Assembly (NCBI GenBank): GCA_041649475.1 | Contig: JBAZNA010000001.1 | Span: 456,612-520,611 of the forward strand | DNA length: 64,000 nucleotides | From: Patescibacteria group bacterium | GTDB taxonomy: Bacteria > Patescibacteriota > Patescibacteriia > Magasanikbacterales > GWA2-37-8 | Direction of reading: 5' to 3' | Shown here: positions 12,690 through 22,900 of the stretch, piece by piece | How positions within the stretch are numbered: position 1 is the stretch's first letter | How the letters are laid out: each line of letters begins with the position of its first letter | The notes under the pieces: generated by a model | What the model was told of the DNA's origin: nothing | Database searches by the model: none | What the model saw: the letters and a program-made list of their open reading frames with translations, nothing else | Program-made: the position numbers and the translations under genes

Positions 12690-13556
12690 CTACAGGAAGA
12701 AGGTGACGCCGAAGTTTCTGGCCTCGTTGCGTTTGCGAGGAATCAGGTGAGTGCCACCGATCCAGACGCCCGGGCTACTGAATATGAAGGTGGTGCCGCC
12801 CCCGCTGAGGCTCAAGGCTCCCCGCATTGCTCCCTTAACATGGTAGTCCAGGTCCGGAGCGATCGCCTCGGGGAAGTAGTGGACGATGCTGGGATTGAGC
12901 CCGGCAAGAGTAGCCCACCGAGGATGAAGGGCGGCGATTAGCGGGAGCTCCTGTCCCACACCCATCAGACCCTTCTGATCCAGATCGGCGCGAGCTTCGG
13001 GGATCGGGCGTCCTCTGTACCTGAATCCCAGATTCACCACGGCCCACCGGAATCCGGCGGGGCGAGGTCTCGCGCCCTTGCGCACACTCACGACGGGTTT
13101 TGGTCCGTTGCGCTCGGTATCCGAGAAGGTCCTGGCCAGATCCTTCTTCCATCGGTCCTTGCCGAAGACATACTTGCAGGCTGCGATGTTGCGGGCGAGC
13201 GTTTTGAGGGGGTTGCCGGTCTCGTAGAGCAGGCAGAGGCAGAACGTCTCGGGAATGCCCTCTCGCTCAGGAGGGGGGGGCGGATCACCAACGGCGCGGA
13301 TCACCTGTTCGGTGATGCACTTGTCCTTCCACACCTTATCGTTGATCTCCAGGATGGTTCTGATCTGGTGATTGGGCGGTGCAAACGGCAGGCGATTGTA
13401 GACCTGCATGGCGATGTCTCCGCGGAGCAGCTCGTCGTCGCGGACACGCATCCAATCACCCAGGTCGATACCAAAGGCTTTGAATTCCCTATGGAGTGCC
13501 ACGACCAGCTCAACGGCCTTGGAGAGATCCCTCTCATCGTATGCTTTCTTCTTCAT
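12690..13556 (-). CDS. hypothetical protein encoded in a ~1-kb high-GC island
   Basis: long ORF in ~60% GC DNA with GC3-rich codon usage, inside AT-rich surroundings. Confidence 0.5.
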   Translation of the reverse strand: MKKKAYDERDLSKAVELVVALHREFKAFGIDLGDWMRVRDDELLRGDIAMQVYNRLPFAPPNHQIRTILEINDKVWKDKCITEQVIRAVGDPPPPPEREGIPETFCLCLLYETGNPLKTLARNIAACKYVFGKDRWKKDLARTFSDTERNGPKPVVSVRKGARPRPAGFRWAVVNLGFRYRGRPIPEARADLDQKGLMGVGQELPLIAALHPRWATLAGLNPSIVHYFPEAIAPDLDYHVKGAMRGALSLSGGGTTFIFSSPGVWIGGTHLIPRKRNEARNFGVTFFL

Positions 13557-13911
13557 GGCTTATCCTCGCTTTCAGGTATCGTAGCTAGTTTCCCAGCCTT
13601 CTTTTGAATCTGTGTGGCAGAGCCAAAAGAAAACTGAGATAATTGTGAAAAAGAACAATTTACATTAGCACAAAACGAGGTATTTGTCAACAGCTAAGGC
13701 AAAAAGTGAAATTTTATAAAAAGGCCCAGCTCGGGTCTTTACCTCAATGTATCCCCACATTTTAGGAGTCCCAGGAAAGACAACCCCCGGGTACCATTCT
13801 GCCTGCCGCCAAGTTACGCTGTTAGCCGCTGGCGCATAGCCTCTGCCGCTACTTGTTCTTGGATATTAGCGTCTGCCACCAGGCGCTTGTTTTATTATTA
13901 ACAACATACTT

Positions 13912-14202
13912 ATGCAACAAGCAAAAGCAAAGTACAAAGGCTCGGCGCAAACCTTTGCCCTGGTCAAAGAACAAATCCTTGAGCGCTTTGGTCAGGAAGC
14001 GGCGGATAGTTACCGGCCCACGGAAAATTGTTTCACACTCCGTGATTGGAATTCCCGTGGTTTCCGGGTGCGGAAAAGCGAGAAAGCAATCAGGTCGTTC
14101 ACAATCGTGGAAGAAGAGAATGAGCAGGAAGAAAAACGACGCTGGCGCAAGCCGGTGTTTTTGTTCTGGCGCGGTCAGGTCGAAGAAATTAAATCACCTT
14201 AA
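13912..14202 (+). CDS. hypothetical small protein
   Basis: ORF only. Confidence 0.3.
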   Translation: MQQAKAKYKGSAQTFALVKEQILERFGQEAADSYRPTENCFTLRDWNSRGFRVRKSEKAIRSFTIVEEENEQEEKRRWRKPVFLFWRGQVEEIKSP

Positions 14203-14434
14203 TTTTATATTATGAGGAAAAATATAAGGAAAATAACTTACCGCAGTTGTGATAGCCGTGGTGAGCCCATACCGTGCTTGCCAGTGGAGGGTAAATTCAT
14301 GAATGGAATAAACTTTCCAATCGGATCACAGGTCGATATCCGGTATAGTAATGGTTTTATCCATATCAGCCGTATCTTAAACAGCGGCCGATACAGCGGT
14401 CTGGCAAACGCTGTGCAAGTCAGGCAATAACATT

Positions 14435-14716
14435 ATGGTGAAAGATAAAATCTTAAATCAATACGCGCGGCACAATATCAGCGTCCTTGATCCGATTACC
14501 GTATCACTGCTTAAAAGTGGTGACTGGCGGGATACGCCAAGCGGGTTATTGCGCTGCGTGAAGTGCGGCCGACATGGTGTAAGTACTCCAATCATAGTAT
14601 TTTTTAATTATCAAGGCGAAAAAATATTATGTTATGGCTGCCAGAAAATAATAAATAATAAATTATATGAACAATCAATTAACAGCAGTAGCAGAAAAAC
14701 CAGCGTTAGTAATTAA
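14435..14716 (+). CDS. hypothetical small Zn-ribbon protein (CVKCGRHG...CYGC)
   Basis: ORF only. Confidence 0.3.
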   Translation: MVKDKILNQYARHNISVLDPITVSLLKSGDWRDTPSGLLRCVKCGRHGVSTPIIVFFNYQGEKILCYGCQKIINNKLYEQSINSSSRKTSVSN

Positions 14717-15416
14717 TCGCAACCTGCCGGCGCCGGAGGGGGATCCAGTAAAAGTTTTAGAATTCGCACATCGCGCCGCTAAAGCGTTAACTGAAGTTGT
14801 TAATTCCAAAGCAAAGAAAATTATAATAAACGGAGAACAATTCCTGACATTCGAGGACTGGCAGACAATCGCCAGATTCTATAATACATCAGTCGGCGTG
14901 GAATGGGTGAAACCAATTACCAAAAAAGACAATGTGTTTGGTTTTGAATCCAGGGCAGTTGCTTACAAAGATGGAAAAATTGTGTCATCAGCCGAGGCAT
15001 CGTGCACCAGAGAAGAAAAAAGCTGGACCGATAAACCCGCTTTTCAAATAAAATCCATGAGTCAAACCCGGGCAATGGCTAAGTGTCTCAGAAATATCTT
15101 TGCCTTTGTGGCAGTGCTGTCTAACTATCAGCCAACACCAGCAGAAGAAGTGATGTTTGATAATCCTGCTCCGATAACCAAAGCACCAGCTGTTGATATG
15201 GTTGAAGATGAATCCGAATACAACGCCAGCAAGAATTATCGTGCCTTTGAAGAAAGCAGTATCACAGAGAAACAGATTATTTTACTTACGCAATTACTTA
15301 CAGAGAAAGTTTTAGATGAGGAGGAACGACAAGAGCGGATAAATAGCATAACCGAATTATCTAAGTCGGAGGCATCGGCGGAGATATCTCGACTGATAAA
15401 TAATTGTGACTTCTAA
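14667..15416 (+). CDS. hypothetical protein; weak resemblance to phage single-strand-annealing (Erf/Rad52-like) proteins
   Basis: segment SQTRAMAKCLRNIFAF recalls a conserved SSAP motif; assignment is speculative. Confidence 0.4.
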   Translation: MNNQLTAVAEKPALVINRNLPAPEGDPVKVLEFAHRAAKALTEVVNSKAKKIIINGEQFLTFEDWQTIARFYNTSVGVEWVKPITKKDNVFGFESRAVAYKDGKIVSSAEASCTREEKSWTDKPAFQIKSMSQTRAMAKCLRNIFAFVAVLSNYQPTPAEEVMFDNPAPITKAPAVDMVEDESEYNASKNYRAFEESSITEKQIILLTQLLTEKVLDEEERQERINSITELSKSEASAEISRLINNCDF

Positions 15417-15479
15417 ATCATATTGGCTGGGGCAGTGTCTGTGCGACCTGCCCTCGGCCATCTCTAACCTGAAATCATT

Positions 15480-15833
15480 ATGGTTTTATTCTTAATTGTT
15501 TGCGTCATCTTCCTTCTGCTCATCAAAATATTTGTTAGTGAAAAGCACGAGAATTTTGAACCAAACAGAAAAGAAATAGTCGAAATCAAGTTCAATCTTC
15601 CGCGAGAAGTTATTGCTGATATTCAACCAGAAGCCATACCCATTTGGGAAAGGGAAAAGAGAAGAAGAAAATTGCTCAACGAAGTTTTTCTCATTGGCGT
15701 TTCAAGCCGTGCACGTCTTGAGCAAAAGCAAGTTGAAGATAGAGCGTTAAGTAATAGATCGTATTATTATTATTCACATGATAAATCAAAAATTATATGC
15801 AATCCGGACAAAACAAAACAGGAGATAAAATAG
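15480..15833 (+). CDS. hypothetical membrane-anchored small protein
   Basis: N-terminal hydrophobic helix. Confidence 0.3.
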   Translation: MVLFLIVCVIFLLLIKIFVSEKHENFEPNRKEIVEIKFNLPREVIADIQPEAIPIWEREKRRRKLLNEVFLIGVSSRARLEQKQVEDRALSNRSYYYYSHDKSKIICNPDKTKQEIK

Positions 15834-16284
15834 AGATTTTAGTTGTTAACTTCTGCCACATAGTCCTTATGCCGGCGATTATGATTGGTTTCATAATTTC
15901 CGTTGTCTTCCCTGGCGCAAGAATTACCGTATCCGACATTCTGATGAAAGGGTTTTTCATGTTTGTGGGGCTTGCAGTGGTATATTTCACTGCTGCACAT
16001 TACAAAAGTAAGAGATAAACTAAGAAGAGGCCGGTGTAGACATACTACACTGGTCTTTTTTTTACCAAACTCAGCAGTTATTGATTATTTAACAGAAAAG
16101 GTGTAAATTAATACTGCTAGTCCATAAACAAAAATCCCTACGCACACAGGCGGTTTCTTGCTGCCTCATTCTTGCTCATAGTGGCCAGGAATGGGCCGCG
16201 GAAGCCGTTATGGGCATCTCGTTCGTAGGGATGTACCAGATGGACTAGCAAAACCGCGGTCCATTTTTTAATTTATTCAAATCT

Positions 16285-17532
16285 ATGTCATTATCTGATA
16301 TTTTAAGTGGTAAAATAGCTAAAATAAATATGCTGAGGGAGAATGTGAGCAGTCCATATCAGGCAAGGGTCACAAATAATATTTTAGTGAAACCAAAAAA
16401 TGAGAGAATTTTTGAGGAGGAACTCTGCTTTGCTGCTGTAGGGTTTAGCGACAAGATGACTTGTTATGTTTTTCATCCTAAACTTGATATATTCAAGAAT
16501 CAAATAAGCAGTTTGAATGAGCATAATCTCAACGTACTTTATCAACAATTTACGCTTTGGTTTTTTTATCTCACTTTAAAACTAGGTAATAGAGAGATAA
16601 TTAACTATGCCCAACTAGTCGGATTACTGTACACAATTTTTGATATAAATGAATCTCGATATGAGGATTTTGAAAAGAGCATGAGCAGCTCAACAAATGA
16701 TTTCTTTGAGTGGTGGAGATCTCTTTGTAATATCATTGGCGCGGATCCTAGTAGCAAATTTACGGAATTTTCAGCAATAGCAACAAACGCGTATAAAGAA
16801 GTATTATCAATGTGCAAAGAGTTGCAAACTTTTTTAGAAACAGAGAAAAATATTAGCACAGCAGTTGAGGAAACGAGGAGTGCACAGATTATTGATGTCA
16901 AAGATATCGAAAAAAGCGTATGTTCATCCCTGAATGATGCGGAGAAAGCTAAAGGTTTCATTTTCAAATTACCGCATAATAGTGGTATGTTGCTTAAGTA
17001 TTCACTTATTGGACCGGATAATTGGGAAATAAGGTGTGTTAATGCTGACGACGGTAGAGAGGGTGTGTTGGGACAAAATTATAATTCGCAACAGACGATA
17101 GCTACGTTGTACTTTCTTGTTGAGCAGGACATGCTTAAGCAGGAAGGTGCAACCGATGATGACGTAAAATGGTGGAGCAGCTTAAGCGACGATGTAAAAC
17201 AAAAATTAATAAAAGATGATAATACATTCAGATGGGAGCACTTCACTATATGTGTACAAAAATTGCACTTATCAGCCGAGGACGCATTAAGAAAGACGTG
17301 GCTAGATTTTCCTGTTTATGGTAAATATCCTCTAACGCAGGAGATATTGGAGGAAATGAATGGGTTAGGTTTTACAGAAGATGATAAACCTCTACCATAC
17401 GAACTCCATAATAGAGTGGATAGATTTATGGCTAAATCCATGTTTAAGATGAAAGAAATTCAGGAAGAAAAAGGGCATTTTTCTACCATGAACGCCTTCT
17501 TTCGTTCAAAAATTAGAAGTGGGGATTTATAG
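16285..17532 (+). CDS. hypothetical protein
   Basis: 415-aa ORF, no recognised motifs. Confidence 0.5.
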   Translation: MSLSDILSGKIAKINMLRENVSSPYQARVTNNILVKPKNERIFEEELCFAAVGFSDKMTCYVFHPKLDIFKNQISSLNEHNLNVLYQQFTLWFFYLTLKLGNREIINYAQLVGLLYTIFDINESRYEDFEKSMSSSTNDFFEWWRSLCNIIGADPSSKFTEFSAIATNAYKEVLSMCKELQTFLETEKNISTAVEETRSAQIIDVKDIEKSVCSSLNDAEKAKGFIFKLPHNSGMLLKYSLIGPDNWEIRCVNADDGREGVLGQNYNSQQTIATLYFLVEQDMLKQEGATDDDVKWWSSLSDDVKQKLIKDDNTFRWEHFTICVQKLHLSAEDALRKTWLDFPVYGKYPLTQEILEEMNGLGFTEDDKPLPYELHNRVDRFMAKSMFKMKEIQEEKGHFSTMNAFFRSKIRSGDL

Positions 17533-17546
17533 ATAATTTAATAAAT

Positions 17547-17777
17547 ATGACAAATCAAACAGATCAGACAATAAAAAATGATAAAATTGCGGTAGCTAGT
17601 TTTGTATTAGGAATTATTTCCATATTTCTTTGGGAATTAAGTATTTTCCCGTTGTTGGCTCTTATACTTGGCATAGTGGGAATTGTGCGCACAAATAAAA
17701 GTGGAGCCGGTATGTGGATGGCTATAACTGGTACTGTTCTGGGCATTCTTTTTTTGATCGTTAGATTAAATCATTAA
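17547..17777 (+). CDS. small two-TM membrane protein (DUF4190-like)
   Basis: two hydrophobic helices with small-residue-rich stretches. Confidence 0.4.
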   Translation: MTNQTDQTIKNDKIAVASFVLGIISIFLWELSIFPLLALILGIVGIVRTNKSGAGMWMAITGTVLGILFLIVRLNH

Positions 17778-17787
17778 ATTTTGGAAT

Positions 17788-18771
17788 ATGGAGGTTGCGA
17801 CAAATAAGTCTTTTGCTAATCGTAAAAGCATTTCATACATACTCGGAGGAGTTACATTCGTTTTAATATTATTGAGGATGAAATCGGTGACATTACCTTA
17901 TTTTATTGGTTCTTTGGTTGGTTGGGTTTTGGCAGTAGTCACACTACAGGTGATTTTGCATTTTTTAATTAAGAAATTTAGCAAAGACAAAAATGTTTCA
18001 CATATTGTGGCATTAAATATCGCTTTAGTAATTTATATTATAATTTTTATTTTTTCCGGATTGGTTCAAAATCATTCGAACAGCGATTTCAATCCTGTTA
18101 GCAATGTTATACCAATCAATGAGGCGCCATCTGCGATAAGCACAAATTCTTCGGGTCCTCTAGATGGACAAACAACAACAGCCGCACAGCAAGAATTACA
18201 AAGTATCATTGAGAAAGTTGGGCAACTTGTGTCTTTACCAAATGGAGAAGTTCCGGTATTGGCAACGGTTAATGACGCGATTAAATTAGTTCTAACCCAG
18301 CCGTTTTATAAAGACGCACAAAATGGCGATGTAGTTTTAGTATATTCTCAGGCCAAACAAGCCTTTTTGTATGATCCAAATAAAAATATTATTGTAAACG
18401 TCGGACCGCTTATTACTAATACAGCAAATATAGACTCTCCCGGTCTGTGCCCATCTGGATTTGTATGGTTAGGTACATTCGATAATAATGGAAAACCAAA
18501 TTGCGGATGCGAAGATGGATATGTGGTTGTGCCTAGGGGGCCTATAGGAGATGTTAAATACATATGCACCCAAATCAAAACAGAATGTGATTCGGACGCT
18601 TGTTTGTATGATGGCAAATGTTATGCTAAACCTGTTCACGGTCATTGTGTCACGAATAACCTGAATCATAATTGGACATGTGATGCAGGGTATGTACAAG
18701 AATACGAGGATTGTGTAGGCTGGTTAACCAAAGTTAAAGATGATGCTAAACGATTGATAAACTCAAATTAA
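17788..18771 (+). CDS. membrane protein with C-terminal EGF-like cysteine-rich extracytoplasmic domain
   Basis: TM helices N-terminally; Cys spacing CPSGF...CGCEDGY...CTQIKTECDSDACLYDGKCY...C...C. Confidence 0.5.
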   Translation: MEVATNKSFANRKSISYILGGVTFVLILLRMKSVTLPYFIGSLVGWVLAVVTLQVILHFLIKKFSKDKNVSHIVALNIALVIYIIIFIFSGLVQNHSNSDFNPVSNVIPINEAPSAISTNSSGPLDGQTTTAAQQELQSIIEKVGQLVSLPNGEVPVLATVNDAIKLVLTQPFYKDAQNGDVVLVYSQAKQAFLYDPNKNIIVNVGPLITNTANIDSPGLCPSGFVWLGTFDNNGKPNCGCEDGYVVVPRGPIGDVKYICTQIKTECDSDACLYDGKCYAKPVHGHCVTNNLNHNWTCDAGYVQEYEDCVGWLTKVKDDAKRLINSN

Positions 18772-18781
18772 TATTTTATAT

Positions 18782-19705
18782 ATGTCGCCTGAAACCATCC
18801 CATCTCTTTTTAAAAAACAAACCATCTACTCTCTCGCCGCCGGCGCCCTCATGCTCGCTTATAGTATATACTTCACACTGACTTTGAAGTTTATAAATAT
18901 ATCCGATCTGCTCGTTTTTGCTGCCGTATTTTATATACCCGGTAATGTCTTGTTGTTATTTTCCATCCGGAAGCAAATAAAAACTAACGGCGATGTGACA
19001 GCCCTAAGCGTTTTGTTTAAGATCGTGGCTTACATATCCATCGGTTTAGTCGTGGCTGTTGGCTTTTACGAGATAACCGCGGCGGAGGAATCATTTTTTG
19101 ATTTAACACTTCTGGCTTTGTTTAGCATGTTAGAGGTTGCTTTGTTATATTTAACTGTAAAATTTGAGCAGCCAGAGGTTAAAAAAGATGTGGCAGTTAT
19201 TAAAATTAAATATCCCATAGGCGTTGCGGTAGCGCTGGCTTTAATGTTTTTGTATTTTGGTTACATTATAATTACCAGTTACAGCACGTCGGAAACAAAT
19301 CCGCCGGCCTTAACTGAACCATCCTCTTTAAGTTATGATATGGTTGCAAGAGATCAAAGCGACCAATATATAGGCAAGACCGTACAATGGCAAGGAACAA
19401 TTGCAACCGATCTATCGCAAATTTCAGGTATTAAATTTTATATTACAGGTCAAAATGACACCTCAAATTCAAAACAGTGGTATTGGGCCATACCGCAAGA
19501 TGAACCGTCAGCTAATGAAGTAAATGGGAAATGGGTGACGTTTATGCTGGGGAAGTATGGCAACATAAAGCCGGAGGATATAAACCCGGCCACAGATGTG
19601 TATTTGGTGACAGGGAAGCTTGTGGAGAGTGATTGTGATATCCAGCCAAATATTTGCATTCCAAATATTATAATTAGCTCTATAAAGAAGATTGGAACAA
19701 ATTAA
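18782..19705 (+). CDS. polytopic membrane protein, hypothetical
   Basis: multiple hydrophobic segments. Confidence 0.5.
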   Translation: MSPETIPSLFKKQTIYSLAAGALMLAYSIYFTLTLKFINISDLLVFAAVFYIPGNVLLLFSIRKQIKTNGDVTALSVLFKIVAYISIGLVVAVGFYEITAAEESFFDLTLLALFSMLEVALLYLTVKFEQPEVKKDVAVIKIKYPIGVAVALALMFLYFGYIIITSYSTSETNPPALTEPSSLSYDMVARDQSDQYIGKTVQWQGTIATDLSQISGIKFYITGQNDTSNSKQWYWAIPQDEPSANEVNGKWVTFMLGKYGNIKPEDINPATDVYLVTGKLVESDCDIQPNICIPNIIISSIKKIGTN

Positions 19706-19782
19706 GATTGTGTTATATTGTACTTAACATGTAAGTTATAAAGTTGTGTTATTTACACCTTTGCTGGTGTAATTTAGTTAAC

Positions 19783-19811
19783 TTGTCAAGAATAGTCTTT
19801 GAGCGTAAAAT
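19783..19811 (+). promoter_or_regulatory. candidate promoter TTGTCA-17-TAAAAT upstream of the 1589-aa helicase gene
   Basis: -35 at 19783-19788 and -10 at 19806-19811. Confidence 0.3.
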
Positions 19812-19943
19812 ATAGTCAGTTGGTGTTGTTAGGGGTGTGTTATTTTTTGTATCAAAAGATAATACTTAATGAAGTATCCCTTAATTTTATAAATAAGTTT
19901 GTAAAATTCCTCTAAGTCAAGAAATACTGTATGATAAATAATT

Positions 19944-22900
19944 ATGAATAAGAATATATCCAGGATACAAATTGTTGAATCCATACCCCGCTTCATAAAG
20001 GCGGTTGGTAATTATTTTATGGATTTTCTCGAGACGGACTTTCATAAAAGAAAATTACCACGTAGGAATATTGAACTTCATAATGAAAAAGGTTTACTTA
20101 CTGGTGTTAATCTGAACAAGTATCCGAGTTTTTATAAAGTGGCTTATAAACTCGTAAATAACTGTTTCAATAGTGATGTTTTGAATTCAGTTCAAAAAGG
20201 CGTATACAAGGCAGATATACCTAAATCACTGCTTGACTTAATAAAAAAGCAGGTGAATAAAGTTTCTAATGCTGAAATTTTAAATCTAACGAAGGAAATT
20301 GATGAGGCGGTTCATCAGTCCGCCCTCAAATACAAGGATGATTACTTGCAGGCGTTTAATTCGGTTATGGAAGACGCAGACAGGGTCTTCAAACGACGTA
20401 TTGTGTTGGACTTGGTGAAAAGTATTGAAAAATCACTGCAGAATACTAAGCTTGCCGACGAGAATGCAATATTCCAAATAGAGGAAGAACTTACGGATAT
20501 TTTAAAAAATAAAATTAAAGATGTTGTTTCAGAGGGGCTTAAACAGTTATTGAGCGGAGAGAAAACAAGTATAAAAAATCTTCTCAAGGATGTACTTGAT
20601 CTTGAAGAAGTTCGTACTAGTTTAACCAAGTTTTTTGACATGTTTAAAGTTTCTGATTTATTTAATGATTTACATGAGTTATATCAGAATTATAAGATTG
20701 AAGACAAGAAAGAATTTTATTTTTATTTTTATGACATTAGTTATCAAAAAAACAAGTATCCAATTTTTTATATACCTTTTTCGATCGAACGAAAAAGTGA
20801 TGAATTTTCTATAGTATTCGATTCACAAATATATATAAACAAGAAAGCACTCGCTTACATTGTACAGGAATATAATCGTGAACGTGATAGGAAAGGTTCT
20901 CTTCAGACGATAGATGATAGAATAATTTATCTTGCTGATCATACAGATGACCTTAATCTTATTTTGCAACAAACAATTACGGAAATAACCAATTTTTTTG
21001 GCCTCGAAGAGAATATTTTTGTAGCAAAGCCAGATATACAGACCAGCAAGAATTTATATATATCTTTAAGTACAAATGTGTATGTGGCTCTTTTCGATAA
21101 ATCTGATGAGGCTTTACTAAATGATTATGAGGACATATTAAATGCACCTGAAGGTAGCCCTTTAATGAATGGTTTTAAAATACTGATAGAAGATTTTATT
21201 AATAAGAATCCCGTGTCTATTCAGATACCTATTGCAGACGAGTGGGATGGAAAAAGCGTGGGTGAACGTCTGGTTTGTAAAAGTCCTATTCCTCTTAATA
21301 GTGAACAACAACAGATTCTCTCAGCCATCAATAATAATCAGTCTAAATACGTGCTTGTCGAGGGTCCCCCAGGAACAGGTAAAAGCCATACTATAACAGC
21401 AATTGTGTTTGATACAATTCTTAAAGGAAACTCCGTCTTAGTTCTTTCTGACAAAAAAGAAGCTCTAGACGTTGTGGAGAAAAATATTATTAATACCCTC
21501 AACAAAGTGCGGGTTGATGAAAAATTTCAGAACCCTCTTTTAAGATTGGGAAAAACTGGTAATACATATAACCAATTACTTACGCAGTCTTCAATTGATG
21601 GAATAACAGAACAGTTCCGCGTGGTAAAGAGTAAATATCCAAATCTCAATGAGCAGATTGATATTGCGATTACTGCTTTAAGAAACGGAGTAGAAAAACA
21701 AATTGGGGCTTACAAGAAGATATCCCTTGCAGATGTAAATGAGTTAGTCTCATTAAAACAACATTTTGATGAAAACGGATTTTGTATTGATATTGATGAA
21801 GCTATTAATAACCCTGATTCAGTAGTTGAACTCACAAAAATTCGGAGCATTCTCCTAAATTTAAAAAAGCAAATTAATACAAATAAGAAAATATCATTTA
21901 ATTTTAACTTCAAAAAAGAGCTTAATGAAGAAAGTTCAACGAACTTAGAATCAATTATTTCCGCACTTGAGGATATAAGAGAACTTGTTACTGATAATCC
22001 ACAGTTTCTAGAAGTTAAGCTTCTGATTTCTTATCAAAAAATTGTACAAGAGAACAAACCTAATGTAGAAAAATTGATTGGGGGTCTTGAAGATGTTTTT
22101 GAAATAGTTGATATCCTCACGAAAAATAAGAAATACACAGATCTTATTGGCATTCAAAAAAATAAATTTAATAGTTTGGCTGTTTTAAAAGATGTAACAC
22201 AGTATACCTTGAAATTGAAAGAAATGTTGGTCAAAGTTAAGTACTTTGCAAAAGACACTTTACCACTTTTAAATTTTTTTAAGCAATCATCCGAGTTGGA
22301 TGCCGTAGATTTGGAACAGTATATTGATTCAGCCAAACAGTTAAAAAGAGGTTTATTTGGCTATTTAGGAAAAGGTAAAGAGGTTCATGAGTTAAATCAG
22401 AATTTCCGAAAAAAATTTCCTTTATCAAAATTTGAAGATCCACATAAAAATTTAAAGGACCTTGAATCGATCCTGGCTATTTATAAATATATATTAGAAT
22501 TGAAAAAGGAAGTTCCTACTTGTGAGTATGATGACTGTGTGGATATTATAGTATCTCTTTTAAAGAAAGAAGATCTATTTTTTTCAGATGAGCAATTAGA
22601 TCGTCTGCATAAATTAGTTGAGAGTTTATCGAAGGTAGAAAAAAATATTGAAGATTTAAAAAGCGACATAAAGGATGCAACTCTTCAAGAATTAAAAAAT
22701 ATTGCGACCATTTTTGAAATAAACTCATTATATGAAGAGTTGGGTGAACTGATGGCTTCAGAAAAGGAATTGTTGGACCTAAATATTGACCTGGAAAAGA
22801 ATAAAAACCTTGAAGTTCTTATCCAAAAAAGTAATCTTGATAGACTTATAATTGAGATAAAGACGTGCAAAGAATATGTAGATACTCTTTTGGAGATTAA

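Larger units (their letters stand above)
6387..15416. mobile_element. putative integrated element at tRNA-Asp (serine integrase, D5-like primase, small phage-like ORFs); right boundary not determined
   Basis: integrase gene abuts and overlaps the tRNA 3' end; cluster of minus-strand small genes with replication-type functions; no attR repeat could be found by eye. Confidence 0.35.
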
